Assembly (NCBI GenBank): GCA_044222475.1
Contig: JBGANF010000009.1
Coordinates: 45,845-109,844 of the forward strand
Direction of reading: 5' to 3'
From: Polyangiaceae bacterium
GTDB taxonomy: Bacteria; Myxococcota_A; Polyangia; Polyangiales; Polyangiaceae
DNA: 64,000 bases
The notes beneath the pieces were generated by a model. It saw only the letters and a program-made list of their open reading frames with translations, ran no database searches and was not told the origin of the DNA. Positions 56,700 through 64,000 of this stretch are shown here, in pieces. Both the position numbers and the translations under genes were made by a program. The stretch's first letter is position 1. Each line of letters begins with the position of its first letter.

Positions 56700-57196
56700 T
56701 TCGCCGGCTCCGGTGGAACCTTCATCGCGAGCACGGCGTCTTTCTGCGCGGCGCGCCAGGCGCGGAGTCGTTCGCGGACCTCGGGGTGCTTGATCGCGAC
56801 GATCTGCGCGGCGAGCAGGCCGGCGTTCGCCGCGCCCGGCTTTCCGATCGCGAGCGTGCCGACCGGTACGCCCTTCGGCATCTGCGCGATCGACAGGATC
56901 GCGTCGACGCCCTGGAGCACCGTCGCCGGGATGGGGACGCCGAGCACCGGGACGAGCGTCTTCGCCGCCACCATGCCGGGGAGGTGCGCCGCCCCGCCGG
57001 CGCCGGCGATCACGACCAAGAGGCCGCGCTCCTCCGCCGTCTCGGCGTAGCGAAACATCTCGTCGGGCGTGCGATGCGCCGACACGACCTTCGCCTCGTA
57101 GGCGACGCCGAGCTCCGCGAGCATCTGGCACGCTGCTTCGAGGTACTGCCAGTCGCTCTGGCTTCCCATGATCACGCCGACGAGGGGTGTCTCCAC
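56696..57196 (-). CDS. purE: N5-CAIR mutase
   Basis: IMGSQSD, SAHRTP, AGAGGAAHLPG, QMPKGVPV. Confidence 0.96.
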   Translation of the reverse strand: METPLVGVIMGSQSDWQYLEAACQMLAELGVAYEAKVVSAHRTPDEMFRYAETAEERGLLVVIAGAGGAAHLPGMVAAKTLVPVLGVPIPATVLQGVDAILSIAQMPKGVPVGTLAIGKPGAANAGLLAAQIVAIKHPEVRERLRAWRAAQKDAVLAMKVPPEPAK

Positions 57197-57239
57197 GCGC
57201 TTCTCCCGAGGCGGCCCTTGGTAGCATACCCTTCGAGCG

Positions 57240-59849
57240 TTGCCTCCCCCCGCCGTCACGTCGCCCGGTTCCGGGTCCAGCCTCGGCTTGAGCGTGCCGC
57301 CCCCTCCGAACGCGGTCCTGGGGCGGGATGCCGTCATCGCCGACGTCCGGACGAAGCTCCGAACGCCGGGGGCGCTGGTCACCCTGTGGGGACCGGGCGG
57401 GATCGGCAAGACCACGACGGCCATCGCAGCGACGAGCGACCTGCCGGGGCGGACCGTCTTCGTCGCGCTCGCTCGGGCCACGACCGAGACCGAAGCGGTT
57501 CGCGCGACGGCAGACGCGCTCGGCGTCGAGCTCGCGAGCGAGAAGCGGCCATACGAGAAGCTCGGGGCGGCGCTCGCCGCGCGGCCCGATGCGGTGCTCG
57601 TCCTCGACAACCTCGAGCAGATGGAGGACGCCGGCGCGGCGTTCGTGTCGAACGTCAGGCGGGCGGCGCCGAAGACGACGACGCTGGTGACGACGCGCGA
57701 GGCGCTCACGCTCCGCGGGGAGATCGTCGTGGAGATCCCGCCGCTCGATGAAGCGTCGGCCGCGGCGCTCCTTCGGCTGCGGAGCGCGCCAGCGGCGATC
57801 GAAGACGCGATCGCGACGCGGATAGCGGCGCGCCTCGAGGGGTTGCCGCTCGCGATCGAGCTCGCCGCCGCGAAGCTGGAGATGCTCGCTCCGGACGACT
57901 TGCTCGCGCGTCTGGACGATCCGCTGGCGGTGCTTCGAACGAGCCGGCGGGACGTCGATCCGCGGCATCGCGCGTTGGCGCAGGCCATCGCAAGCTCGTT
58001 CGAGCTCCTCACCCCGGACGAAGCGGCCGTGCTCGTGCAGCTCTCGACGTTCGCCGGGACGTTCGAAGCGGCCGACGTCGAGGCGCTCGTCCCCCGCGTC
58101 TCGGGCCGGAGTCCGCTCGACGTCCTCGAGTCGCTGCTTCGGAAATCGCTCGTGAAGCGGCGGCGCGGCGAGCGGCGCTTCGCGATCCTGGAGTCGATTC
58201 GTGCATTCTGCATCGATCGCCTCGAGCCTGCGGCAGCCGAGCGGCACACGCAGTGGGCGGCCGCGCAGGCGAAGGACTTGCGGCGCCGACTCGACGGCCC
58301 CGACGCGGGCGAAGCCATGGCCGAGCTCGTGAGGCGGCGCGACGATCTCGTGGCGGCGCTGCGGCGCGCAGACGAGGCCCACGCGCCCGAGGTCGCGCCG
58401 CTGCTCGAGGCGCTCGTCCCGCTCGCGGTCCAGCGCGGCCCGACCGCCACGTACGTGGCGCTCGTGGCGCCGATGGAGGCGAAGCTCGGAGCCTACGATC
58501 CGAGCGTCGCGGGGCGGATCCTCGTCGCCGCCTCGCACATCGTGGCGACCGACGGCGAGCGGCGGCGCGCGCTCGGGCTCGCCACCGAAGCCGCTCGCAT
58601 CCTGCGCAGCGCGAGCGCGCCCTCCCCGCGCGATCTCGCGGCGGCCGAGCTGCGCATCGGCAACACCCAGTTCGGCATGGCCGGCTACGACGAGGCGCGC
58701 GCCGCGTACGCCCGCGCGCGCACGTTCGCGGCGGGCGAGCCGGCGCTCGCGGGCGCGGTCGAGGCGTCGCTCGCGGTGACCGAGCACGCCGCCGGAAACG
58801 TGCATCTTGCACGTACTCACTACGCCGAGGCGGTGCGGATGTTCGCCGAGGGCAAGCACGTGGCGCTCGAAGCGAAGGTGCTCTCGAACTTGGCCTTCCT
58901 GGAGCTCGACGACGGGCAAGTCGCGGCCGCGCGGAGGACGTTCGAGCGCGCGCGCGCCATGTTCGAGCGCGTCCTCGACGAGCGCCACGTGGCGGTGACC
59001 GACGGCTACCTCGGGAACGTCTTGCGGGCCGAGGGCAAGCAGCGCGAAGCGGCGGCGGCGTACGTCGATGCGGTGGCGCGACTTCGGCGAGTCGGCGATC
59101 GCCTCTACGGGTGGGTGTTCACGATGGACCGGGGGATCGCGCTGCTCCTCGACGATGCGCCGGCCGAAGCGCTCGGCGCGCTCGAAGAGAGCGTGGCCGG
59201 CGGGCTCGAGCTCGAGGACGCGCACCTCAGCGGTTTCGCTTCGGGGTACCTCGTGGCGGCGCTCGCGATGGTCGGGCGGAAGTCCGATGCCATCGCCGCC
59301 GCCGAGGCGGCGCGCGGGCGAGCTCGAGGCGTCGCCGCGCGGGCGCTGGCGCTCCACGAGATTCACTTGGAGTCGAAGTCGGTCGAGGAGTCGTGCGCGG
59401 CGATCGACGCGGACGCGGCGGTCGTCGGCGGCGGAGAGCACGTGCGGATCGCACGGGTGCTCGCGCTGCGGGCGTTGGCCAAGCGCGCGCCGCCCGCGGA
59501 TGCGATCCTCGTCGAGCCGGGCGCGACCCGTGTGCGGCTGGCCGACGGGACCCTTCTTGATTTAGGCACTCATCTGACGCTCGCGAGGGTCCTCGACGCG
59601 CTCGTCGATGCGCACGTGAAGAGACCGGGTGAGACCTGCTCGGCGGCGGCGCTGGTGGCGGCGGTGTGGCCCGGCGAGAAGCTGACGCGCGGATCCGGGG
59701 AGAATCGGCTGAGGGTCGCCATCGCGAAGCTGAGGTCGATGGGGCTCCGGCCGGTGATCGAAGGCCGAGACGGCGGCTACGCGATCGCGAACGGCGTGAT
59801 GCTCGTCAGGGTCGACGCGATCCGTTCCCTCAACCCCGCGAGGGCGTGA
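57240..59849 (+). CDS. STAND (NB-ARC-like) ATPase with TPRs and C-terminal wHTH
   Basis: GPGGIGKT, LVLDNLE, GLPLAIELAAA, TPR helices, C-terminal 'NRLRVAIAKLR..GL..GGY'. Confidence 0.85.
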   Translation: MPPPAVTSPGSGSSLGLSVPPPPNAVLGRDAVIADVRTKLRTPGALVTLWGPGGIGKTTTAIAATSDLPGRTVFVALARATTETEAVRATADALGVELASEKRPYEKLGAALAARPDAVLVLDNLEQMEDAGAAFVSNVRRAAPKTTTLVTTREALTLRGEIVVEIPPLDEASAAALLRLRSAPAAIEDAIATRIAARLEGLPLAIELAAAKLEMLAPDDLLARLDDPLAVLRTSRRDVDPRHRALAQAIASSFELLTPDEAAVLVQLSTFAGTFEAADVEALVPRVSGRSPLDVLESLLRKSLVKRRRGERRFAILESIRAFCIDRLEPAAAERHTQWAAAQAKDLRRRLDGPDAGEAMAELVRRRDDLVAALRRADEAHAPEVAPLLEALVPLAVQRGPTATYVALVAPMEAKLGAYDPSVAGRILVAASHIVATDGERRRALGLATEAARILRSASAPSPRDLAAAELRIGNTQFGMAGYDEARAAYARARTFAAGEPALAGAVEASLAVTEHAAGNVHLARTHYAEAVRMFAEGKHVALEAKVLSNLAFLELDDGQVAAARRTFERARAMFERVLDERHVAVTDGYLGNVLRAEGKQREAAAAYVDAVARLRRVGDRLYGWVFTMDRGIALLLDDAPAEALGALEESVAGGLELEDAHLSGFASGYLVAALAMVGRKSDAIAAAEAARGRARGVAARALALHEIHLESKSVEESCAAIDADAAVVGGGEHVRIARVLALRALAKRAPPADAILVEPGATRVRLADGTLLDLGTHLTLARVLDALVDAHVKRPGETCSAAALVAAVWPGEKLTRGSGENRLRVAIAKLRSMGLRPVIEGRDGGYAIANGVMLVRVDAIRSLNPARA

Positions 59850-60753
59850 CCCTCTCGAACGAGAGCCGTTGCGACGGCTCGAACCGAAACCGATAGAGGA
59901 ACCTCAGGAGGTCGAAGCTCGTCCGCTCGACCTCGGTCTCGACCCGCTCGACGTGGAGGGCCGCGAGGTTGTCGACCATCTGCGTGAAGCCGGGGTTGAC
60001 GCCGATCGTGTCGAGGGATGCCCTCGGTTCGACCAGACCGAAGTCGCCGAAGTCGACGCGAGCCATCGCGAACGCGACGACGAAGCCGTCGTCCTCGGCG
60101 ACGAGCGACACGCAGATCGCCGACTCGTGCAGCGCCTCGTCGAACTTTCGCCGGAGGTAGGAGCTGCGGTCCCGCCCGCTGAGCTCGCGATCGATCCTCG
60201 CGATCGCATCGAAGTCGTCCTCGCGGAGGTGCCGAACGAGCGGAGGAACGCGCTCGATCTCCTCGTCGGTCTCGGGGAGCGGCATGCGGTGGACCTCGCG
60301 CTCGACGATCTGACGCGGCGCGAGCGTGAACCCCTCGCGGTGGAGAAACCGGAGCATCAGGTGGTTGCGCCAGTCGACGTGCGTGACGATCGCTCCGATG
60401 TCGCGGGCGTGGAGCCGCTCTTCGAGGCTCGCGAGCAAGCGATGCCCGAGCCCGTGGTGCCGCACGCTCGCGTCGACGCCGACGGTCTCGAGGACGGCGG
60501 CCGCGCCCACGCGCCCGAACTCTCCGTCGACGACGCGCCCGAGGATGAAGCCGGCCATCCCGCCGGAGGTCGTAGCTGCGAGTTGGAGGTGCAGCTTCGG
60601 TTGCCGCAGCGCCGAGGCGAGACGCTTCTGGAAGTAGCCGCGGCGGGAGCCGCCGGTGATTCGCCGGTCGAGGGCGACGACGGCGTCGAGGTCGCTCGGC
60701 GCGAGAGCGCGAACGGTGATGGCGGACGAGCTCACGGTGGTGGTGTCGGGCAT
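59830..60753 (-). CDS. tandem GNAT acetyltransferase; second domain lacks the acetyl-CoA loop
   Basis: two repeats (VRAL..D.DA..LD / VRHL..DFDAI.RID); first has VGVD..RHHGLG, second reads IGVNPGF-TQMV. Confidence 0.8.
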   Translation of the reverse strand: MPDTTTVSSSAITVRALAPSDLDAVVALDRRITGGSRRGYFQKRLASALRQPKLHLQLAATTSGGMAGFILGRVVDGEFGRVGAAAVLETVGVDASVRHHGLGHRLLASLEERLHARDIGAIVTHVDWRNHLMLRFLHREGFTLAPRQIVEREVHRMPLPETDEEIERVPPLVRHLREDDFDAIARIDRELSGRDRSSYLRRKFDEALHESAICVSLVAEDDGFVVAFAMARVDFGDFGLVEPRASLDTIGVNPGFTQMVDNLAALHVERVETEVERTSFDLLRFLYRFRFEPSQRLSFERVTPSRG

Positions 60754-60769
60754 CGGATGACCTCCTCGT

Positions 60770-61441
60770 TCACAGTGAATCGTCCTCGTTGCACTCGGAG
60801 ATGGCTTCGAGCTTCGACATGTCCCGGACGGCGATCCGGGAACGCGTCAGCTCGATGGTGCCGGCCCGCGCGAGCGACGCGAGCGCTCGCGAGAGCGTCT
60901 CGGGCGACATCCCGAGCAACCCGGCGAGCACGGTGCGCGGCAACCGCTTCTGGGTCGACGGCTCGCGAAGCCACCGCGCGACGCGCGTTCGGGCGCTGCC
61001 TTCGGTTCGCGCGCGAGGGGTGGTGTCGTGGGCGAGCGTCTCGATGAGCGTTTCGAGCACGACTCGCGCGGTCCCGGTGCGATCGAGCCACGCGAGCGCC
61101 TGCGAGCGGCCCATCGCGCACACGGTGACGTCGGAGACCGCTCGCGCGGACTCGAGATAGGTCGGGCGAACGATGGTCTCCAGCCCGAGGAATGCGCCGG
61201 CGCGACGGATCGCGTACGGCGCGCCGTTCCCGGGGTCGTCGCCGCTGCCGCGAATCAGCGCGACGGCTCCGTGCTTCAGGTAGTAGACGGTGTCGGCCGG
61301 TGTACCGCGAAGGTACAAGTAGCTCTCCGCCGCTCGGCGGCGGTCCACCATCGGACAGCACTGACCTTCGCCCACGCGAGAGGCCGCGCCCACTGGGCAC
61401 AGCGTGCAGGCGACGTGTGGAACGGGTAGCGAGTGCGTCAT
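60770..61441 (-). CDS. Crp/Fnr family regulator with N-terminal Cys cluster
   Basis: CTLC...CC, internal VTVC, HTH LLGMSPETLSR. Confidence 0.85.
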   Translation of the reverse strand: MTHSLPVPHVACTLCPVGAASRVGEGQCCPMVDRRRAAESYLYLRGTPADTVYYLKHGAVALIRGSGDDPGNGAPYAIRRAGAFLGLETIVRPTYLESARAVSDVTVCAMGRSQALAWLDRTGTARVVLETLIETLAHDTTPRARTEGSARTRVARWLREPSTQKRLPRTVLAGLLGMSPETLSRALASLARAGTIELTRSRIAVRDMSKLEAISECNEDDSL

Positions 61442-61466
61442 GAGTTCCTCCCCTTGGCGTGCGTGG

Positions 61467-62519
61467 CTACGAGCTCGGATCGAACACGATGCGTTTCGCG
61501 AGGCGGTGGTGGGCCATGTCGTCGAGGACCTCGTTCACGCGTGACATCGGCGCGTGCTCGACGAACGGCGCGAGGACGACGGCACCCGAGTAGATCAGGC
61601 CGAGGACCTCGGGGTAGAGCGCGGGGGGGCAGCCCCACGTCCCGTGGATCGTCGCGTCGAACGCCATCAGGTTCGAGAGGCGGACCTCGATCGGCGTCGC
61701 GCAGTACCCGACCTGCACCATGGTCGCCGCCGACGACAGCATCGTGTACGCGAGGAGCTGTCCCGCCGGCGTTCCGCTGCACTCGAAGATGCGAAACCGC
61801 AGCGACGGGATCCCCCACTCGGCCGCGATGCGGTGGACCTCTTTGCGCACGTCCTTCGGGGGACGTTTTTCGACGCAGACCGTCTTCTCGGCGCCGTGGG
61901 CAGCAACGAGCTCGAGCTTCGCGGTGCTCACGTCGAGGGCGATCACGCGCGCGCCGAGCGCGCGCGCCATCTGGATCGCGTACCCGCCGACGCCTCCGGC
62001 GCCGACGACGAAGGCGGCGTCTCCGCGCTGGAGCCCCGCGCGCTTGATCGCTTGGTACGCGGTCGACACCGCGTCCGCGACGACGGAGAGGTGACGCACG
62101 TCGACCGAGGCGGGCACGTCGTCGATCGGAACGAGCGGACCCGCGGGGACGACGACGTGAGTCGCGAACCCGCCGTCGATGTCGTTGCCTGGCATCTTCT
62201 GCTTCGGGCACGCGTTGCCGCGACCGGCGCGACAGAACTCGCAGTCACCGCACGGCAGGACCGCGGGGACGAGGACGCGTCGACCGACGAGCGCTTCCGC
62301 GCGCGCGCCGGCGCGCACGACGCGACCGACGATCTCGTGACCGAGCACGAGCGGAATGGCGTGCTTCGGTGCGACCTCGCCGCTCGCGAACGCGAGGTCG
62401 GTGTGGCAGAGGCCGCAGGCTTCGACCTCGACCAGCGCTTGGCCGGGTTCGAGCGCGGGCTCGGGGATCCGTCGTCGTTCGAGCGGCTTCCCTGCCGAGG
62501 TGAGGACGTAGGCTTCCAT
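61467..62519 (-). CDS. had: 6-hydroxycyclohex-1-ene-1-carbonyl-CoA dehydrogenase-like Zn-dependent dehydrogenase
   Basis: CGLCHTD, GHE, CGDC.FC..C; family-like segments QKMPGND..GGFATH, ADAVST.YQA, IFECSGT.AGQ, RLSNLMAFDA, WGCPP.LYP. Confidence 0.8.
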   Translation of the reverse strand: MEAYVLTSAGKPLERRRIPEPALEPGQALVEVEACGLCHTDLAFASGEVAPKHAIPLVLGHEIVGRVVRAGARAEALVGRRVLVPAVLPCGDCEFCRAGRGNACPKQKMPGNDIDGGFATHVVVPAGPLVPIDDVPASVDVRHLSVVADAVSTAYQAIKRAGLQRGDAAFVVGAGGVGGYAIQMARALGARVIALDVSTAKLELVAAHGAEKTVCVEKRPPKDVRKEVHRIAAEWGIPSLRFRIFECSGTPAGQLLAYTMLSSAATMVQVGYCATPIEVRLSNLMAFDATIHGTWGCPPALYPEVLGLIYSGAVVLAPFVEHAPMSRVNEVLDDMAHHRLAKRIVFDPSS

Positions 62520-62552
62520 GCGTCGATTGTGCGTCAGGCGAGACGTCCGGAA

Positions 62553-62568
62553 TGTGACGGATGTCATG
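62553..62568. promoter_or_regulatory. FNR/CRP-like site TGTGAC-GGAT-GTCATG
   Basis: TGAC-N4-GTCA palindrome centred 41.5 bp upstream of had ATG. Confidence 0.55.
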
Positions 62569-62607
62569 GCGCGGCCGTTGGAGGCGTCTTTTCTTGGGGC
62601 CAGCGAA

Positions 62608-63040
62608 ATGGCGACCGACGCAATCGTTGCGCTGATGGAGGAGCACCGCCGGATCGAGGGCGTGCTGGATTGGCTGGACTTGCTGGCGGACCGAGGCGCG
62701 ACCCGGACGCAGCTCAGGGACGCGACGAAATTCCTGCGCGGTTACGCGGACGCCTACCACCATGCGAAGGAGGAGGACGTGCTCTTCCGGGCGATGGTCG
62801 ACGAGGGGATGTCGGAGGACGAGCCGCCCACGCGTCGCGGGCGACTACGTGGCGCTCCTGCGGACGCACATCCGAGAAGAGGACGAGGTGGTCTATCCGA
62901 TCGCGCGCGCGCGGATCCGCCCGGCGGCATGGGACGAGGTGGAGCGCGAGTGCGCCGAGATCGACGCAGAGCGCCGAGACGAGGTCGCTGAGTTGCTCGC
63001 GATCGCGGAGAGCGCGCGCGACATCTCCGTTCAGCGGTAG
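62608..63040 (+). pseudogene. hemerythrin-domain gene with internal deletion/frameshift near 62825
   Basis: EEHRRI and HHAKEE in one frame, HIREED..YP in another; the middle helix with its EH ligand is missing. Confidence 0.75.
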
Positions 63041-63201
63041 ACCATCCGCTCCTCGTAGCGCGCATCGCTTGCCGAGCTGACGCCGAACGCCAGCGTCCGG
63101 GGGAGAAACGGGCGGAGACATCGTCTCCCCGCCGATCATGTCCATCGCATCGCGGAAGCTGACCATCGAACTGGCGCGACCTTCGCTGCTACGCTCGGGC
63201 C

Positions 63202-63672
63202 GTGGGGTCGGTCGAGTACGAAGACGCTACGTGTCGCATTCTCGTCGAGCGCAACGTCGGCGTCGTCGTGTGGCGTGAGGCGCCGACGATGCTTCAGCTG
63301 CGCGCGCACGATCGCGTGGGCAAGCAGCTGTCACGCGCGCACAAAGGCGGCACGCTGCTCGTGAGCCTCGTACACTCGGGCACGCCGAATTTCACGCCGG
63401 AGGTCACGCAAGAGACGAAGCGCATCCTCGGCCAAGATCGCTTCTACGATCTCGGCGTGGCGCGCGTGCTCCTCGTCGGCGGCCTGGGTGGAGTCGCGGC
63501 GCGCGCGTTTCTCTCGACGGCGCTCCTCGTGAGCCGCTCGCCGCGTCCGACGCGGGTGTTCTCGACCGTGCGTGACGCCGCCGACTGGTGCCAAGAGCTC
63601 TCGAAACGCGGCGACGAGCGATGGTCGCGCGACGAGCTCGAACGCCTGTGCGCGGAAGCGAGCGCGAGATGA
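63202..63672 (+). CDS. hypothetical protein (STAS/SpoIIAA-like fold possible)
   Basis: TACGCT 6 nt before GTG; 'PTRVFSTVRDAADW' segment. Confidence 0.65.
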   Translation: MGSVEYEDATCRILVERNVGVVVWREAPTMLQLRAHDRVGKQLSRAHKGGTLLVSLVHSGTPNFTPEVTQETKRILGQDRFYDLGVARVLLVGGLGGVAARAFLSTALLVSRSPRPTRVFSTVRDAADWCQELSKRGDERWSRDELERLCAEASAR

Positions 63673-63688
63673 GCGACCGGATGGATTC

Positions 63689-64000
63689 CTAGCCGCGCGA
63701 GCGCTTCGCCTTGGCGGCGAGCATGAGAGCCCGGATCTCGGCCTCGTTCTCCCGGATCACTCTCGCTGGGGTGCTCGAACGGGGCGAAATCGGGCCCGCC
63801 GGAGTGAAGATGATCCAGTCGGTAAGCCGCGTGAGCCGGTGCTTTCGTCGATGGCCCGCGCGAAATCCAATGTCGGCCCATGGCTCGCTCTCGAGGGTCG
63901 CCTCGACACTTTCGTCGAAGCACTTCTCGACGGAGAACCACAAGTGTTCATGTTCGTAGCAAAGCTTCACGAGCGCCGGGAACTCGAACTCGGCGAGCTC
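63689..64000 (-). CDS. hypothetical protein, 3' part (start beyond window)
   Basis: frame is open to the window end; no recognisable motif. Confidence 0.45.
   Translation of the reverse strand, partial: ELAEFEFPALVKLCYEHEHLWFSVEKCFDESVEATLESEPWADIGFRAGHRRKHRLTRLTDWIIFTPAGPISPRSSTPARVIRENEAEIRALMLAAKAKRSRG

Noticed and set aside
41483..59441. Very long ORFs of 1036, 1191, 953 and 1304 aa in the track
   Set aside because: High-GC read-through joins real genes to antisense or off-frame shadows; true starts were reassigned.
57240..59849. STAND ATPase as an Avs antiphage protein
   Set aside because: No N-terminal effector domain; the C-terminal wHTH fits common transcriptional STAND regulators.
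63100..63130. GGGGAGA...TCTCCCC hairpin as terminator or ncRNA
   Set aside because: Short stem, long loop and no U-tract; insufficient evidence.

Overview
GC-rich window that looks myxobacterial (Polyangiaceae-like: several Ser/Thr kinases, an FHA-sigma54 activator, Pro/Ala-rich lipoproteins); the taxon is inferred, not proven. About 60 protein genes, and no rRNA, tRNA, CRISPR array or transposase was recognised. Main results: (1) A lasso-peptide-type RiPP cluster (2542-8434). Its 59-aa precursor (4811-4632, leader YEKPRL...TL, core GGAGSGNDGGPPGMSMMCL) is hidden at the end of a longer spurious ORF. It is followed by a PRMT-fold methyltransferase with a PqqD/RRE-like tail and an HPr-kinase-like kinase, and is divergent from an asparagine-synthetase-like cyclase and an RRE, with an adjacent ABC exporter. 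No B2 leader peptidase is visible. (2) An operon of a Zn-ribbon pseudokinase, a vWA protein and a divergent adenylosuccinate-synthetase-like ligase (23220-20093). (3) A partial, possibly decaying anaerobic benzoyl-CoA module (had, Fnr-like regulator, tandem GNAT, hemerythrin). (4) A 325-bp palindromic MITE-like element after serA. (5) Several readable regulatory elements: twin LysR operators, a sigma54 promoter with an upstream palindrome, an FNR/CRP-like site, and many leaderless-type -10 boxes. All product calls come from motif recognition by eye; no database searches were run.
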